From the NCBI RefSeq assembly GCF_009914755.1, contig NC_060926.1: DNA of 64,000 nucleotides. One strand, 5' to 3'. The notes beneath the pieces were generated by a model. That model saw only the letters and a list, made by a program, of their open reading frames with translations, was not told the origin of the DNA and searched no databases. Positions 62,641 to 64,000 of the stretch are shown here, piece after piece. A program made the position numbers and the translations under genes. Origin of the DNA: the human T2T-CHM13v2.0 reference genome, Homo sapiens. Positions within the stretch are counted from its first letter, which is position 1; every line of letters starts with the position of its first letter.

Positions 62641-63599
62641 AAAACCAAAAAAGCCCCACTGATTGGAAGCTGTGTGTTGAAATGCTGAGTCTCGCTGACT
62701 AGTGGGTTTCACTGTCAGCAGGGGTTTGACTACTTTTGTTAGGGGACCACCAGCTGTCAGTATCTGCTGATATTGTCTCTGAATAGGTGTTTTTTTTTTT
62801 TTTTCTTCACCAAAAGAGAAAGATGAATGAGGTAGGGTGGAAGTGGAAAATTGACTACCGGCTTATTGGGAAGGAGATTAGGTTTCTCACCCTTTGGATA
62901 TAGACTTCTCATTACCTCCCTGTTTCTAATAAGGCTCTCATCCTCAGATATGCTTGTCCCTGAGAATAGACTGCCTTTTTCTTCAACTAACCTGAGAGTA
63001 AAACTGCTCTACTCCATTACAGAGGAGTGGGTCATTGGCTGCAAGGGCTGAAGGAGGTTATTTAAGAGTCCAACTGATTTGGACATATTTTCAACCAGGT
63101 CCTTTTCGGGATTCTGCTTCATGAACAGGCTTGCTTTTTTTCCCTCCATTTTCACCTCAGGCATTAAGTTTTCAGCCTTCTAAAGTTTTCTTAGTTAATT
63201 GTCATTCCTTCATCTGCTCTCCAGTTTATATTTGCTGATCATCTTCTTTTCTCTCTTTTCCATGTCTTTTTGTCTTCTTGTGGGTTTTGTTTTTTTAAAA
63301 AACCCAAAACCTTAGCTGTCACTTTGTTGGAATCAAGGAAAGAGTGGAGAAAATGTGTCATGCTTGACCAGATGTCATTATTTCTCAAAGTCTAGTTTTA
63401 AAACAAAACCTGCCAAAGGTATGCCACTCTTACTGGACTAGAAGCTAATGTTATTATGGTTTACAAAGCCCTCCATCTACCATTCTTCCCTTTACTTAGT
63501 ATACTCTAGTCCCACGGGCCTTCTTCTATTCCTTGAATGAACACACTAAACTAATTTTTTTTATTTCACTCTGTCTTTCTTTTCTTCAAAGCAAAGATC

Positions 63600-64000
63600 A
63601 CTAGTTGTCCCCCAATATCCATCCTTCCCTCTTTCTTGGAAATAAAACTCCTAATTATTATCTCGGCACATGGCTATCCAGAACAAAGACTACATTTTCC
63701 AGCCTCTCTGACAGGTAAATAGGACTAGCGAAGTTCTAGCTAGTGAGATGGAACTAGAAACACTATAAAATATGGAGCTTCCAGAAACAGTCCCTAAAAG
63801 GAAGAAGCTTGCACTTCATCATCTCCATGTCCCAAACCCCACCCCTTCCTCTTTCTTACTGGCTGAGATGTAAAAATGATAAGGGTAGCAAAAACAACCA
63901 TTATATACTATGAAGCAGAAGCTGTATGATGAAGATGGCAAAGCCATAAGGACAGGAGGCCAGATCCCTGTTGCTGTGGAGTGTCATTCGGCCCTAGAAT
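63600..64000 (+). mobile_element. MLT1 (J-like) MaLR LTR, running off the window
   Basis: CCCAATATCCATCCTTCCC...GACTACATTTTCCAGCCTCTCTG...AAGTTCTAGCTAGTGAGATG...GATGGCAAAGC. Confidence 0.65.

Overview
Primate (very probably human) non-coding DNA dominated by transposable elements. I count roughly 75-80 Alu/FLAM segments by hand, plus L1 (a large old L1M body, L1MB/MC/MA pieces and one young L1PA 3' end), L2/MIR, LTR elements (MER52A, nested THE1, MLT1) and DNA-transposon fossils (MER1A, MER2, MER5A, Tigger4). I see no spliced protein-coding gene, and almost all of the ORF track is Alu/L1/LTR translation noise. The only real protein-like ORF is a very young intronless VDAC2 retrocopy (52645-53949) with an intact 293-aa frame that lacks one Ser and has a perfect 17-bp TSD. 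Other non-trivial items are a SNORA74 (U19) H/ACA snoRNA copy (6325-6524), an AluY flanked by a ~201-bp direct duplication (4959-5664), an unidentified 310-bp antisense retrocopy-like insert with a 16-bp TSD and an 85-codon open frame inside L1 ORF2 (51189-51498), a tailless Alu fragment with a TSD, and a strong CTCF-like motif (~17150). I find no convincing new multi-gene system. The best leads concern L1-mediated retroposition products. From memory, and unverified, the VDAC2-copy plus SNORA74 pairing fits human 2p14 between RAB1A and ACTR2. Repeat subfamily calls are by eye and their boundaries are approximate unless a TSD is quoted.
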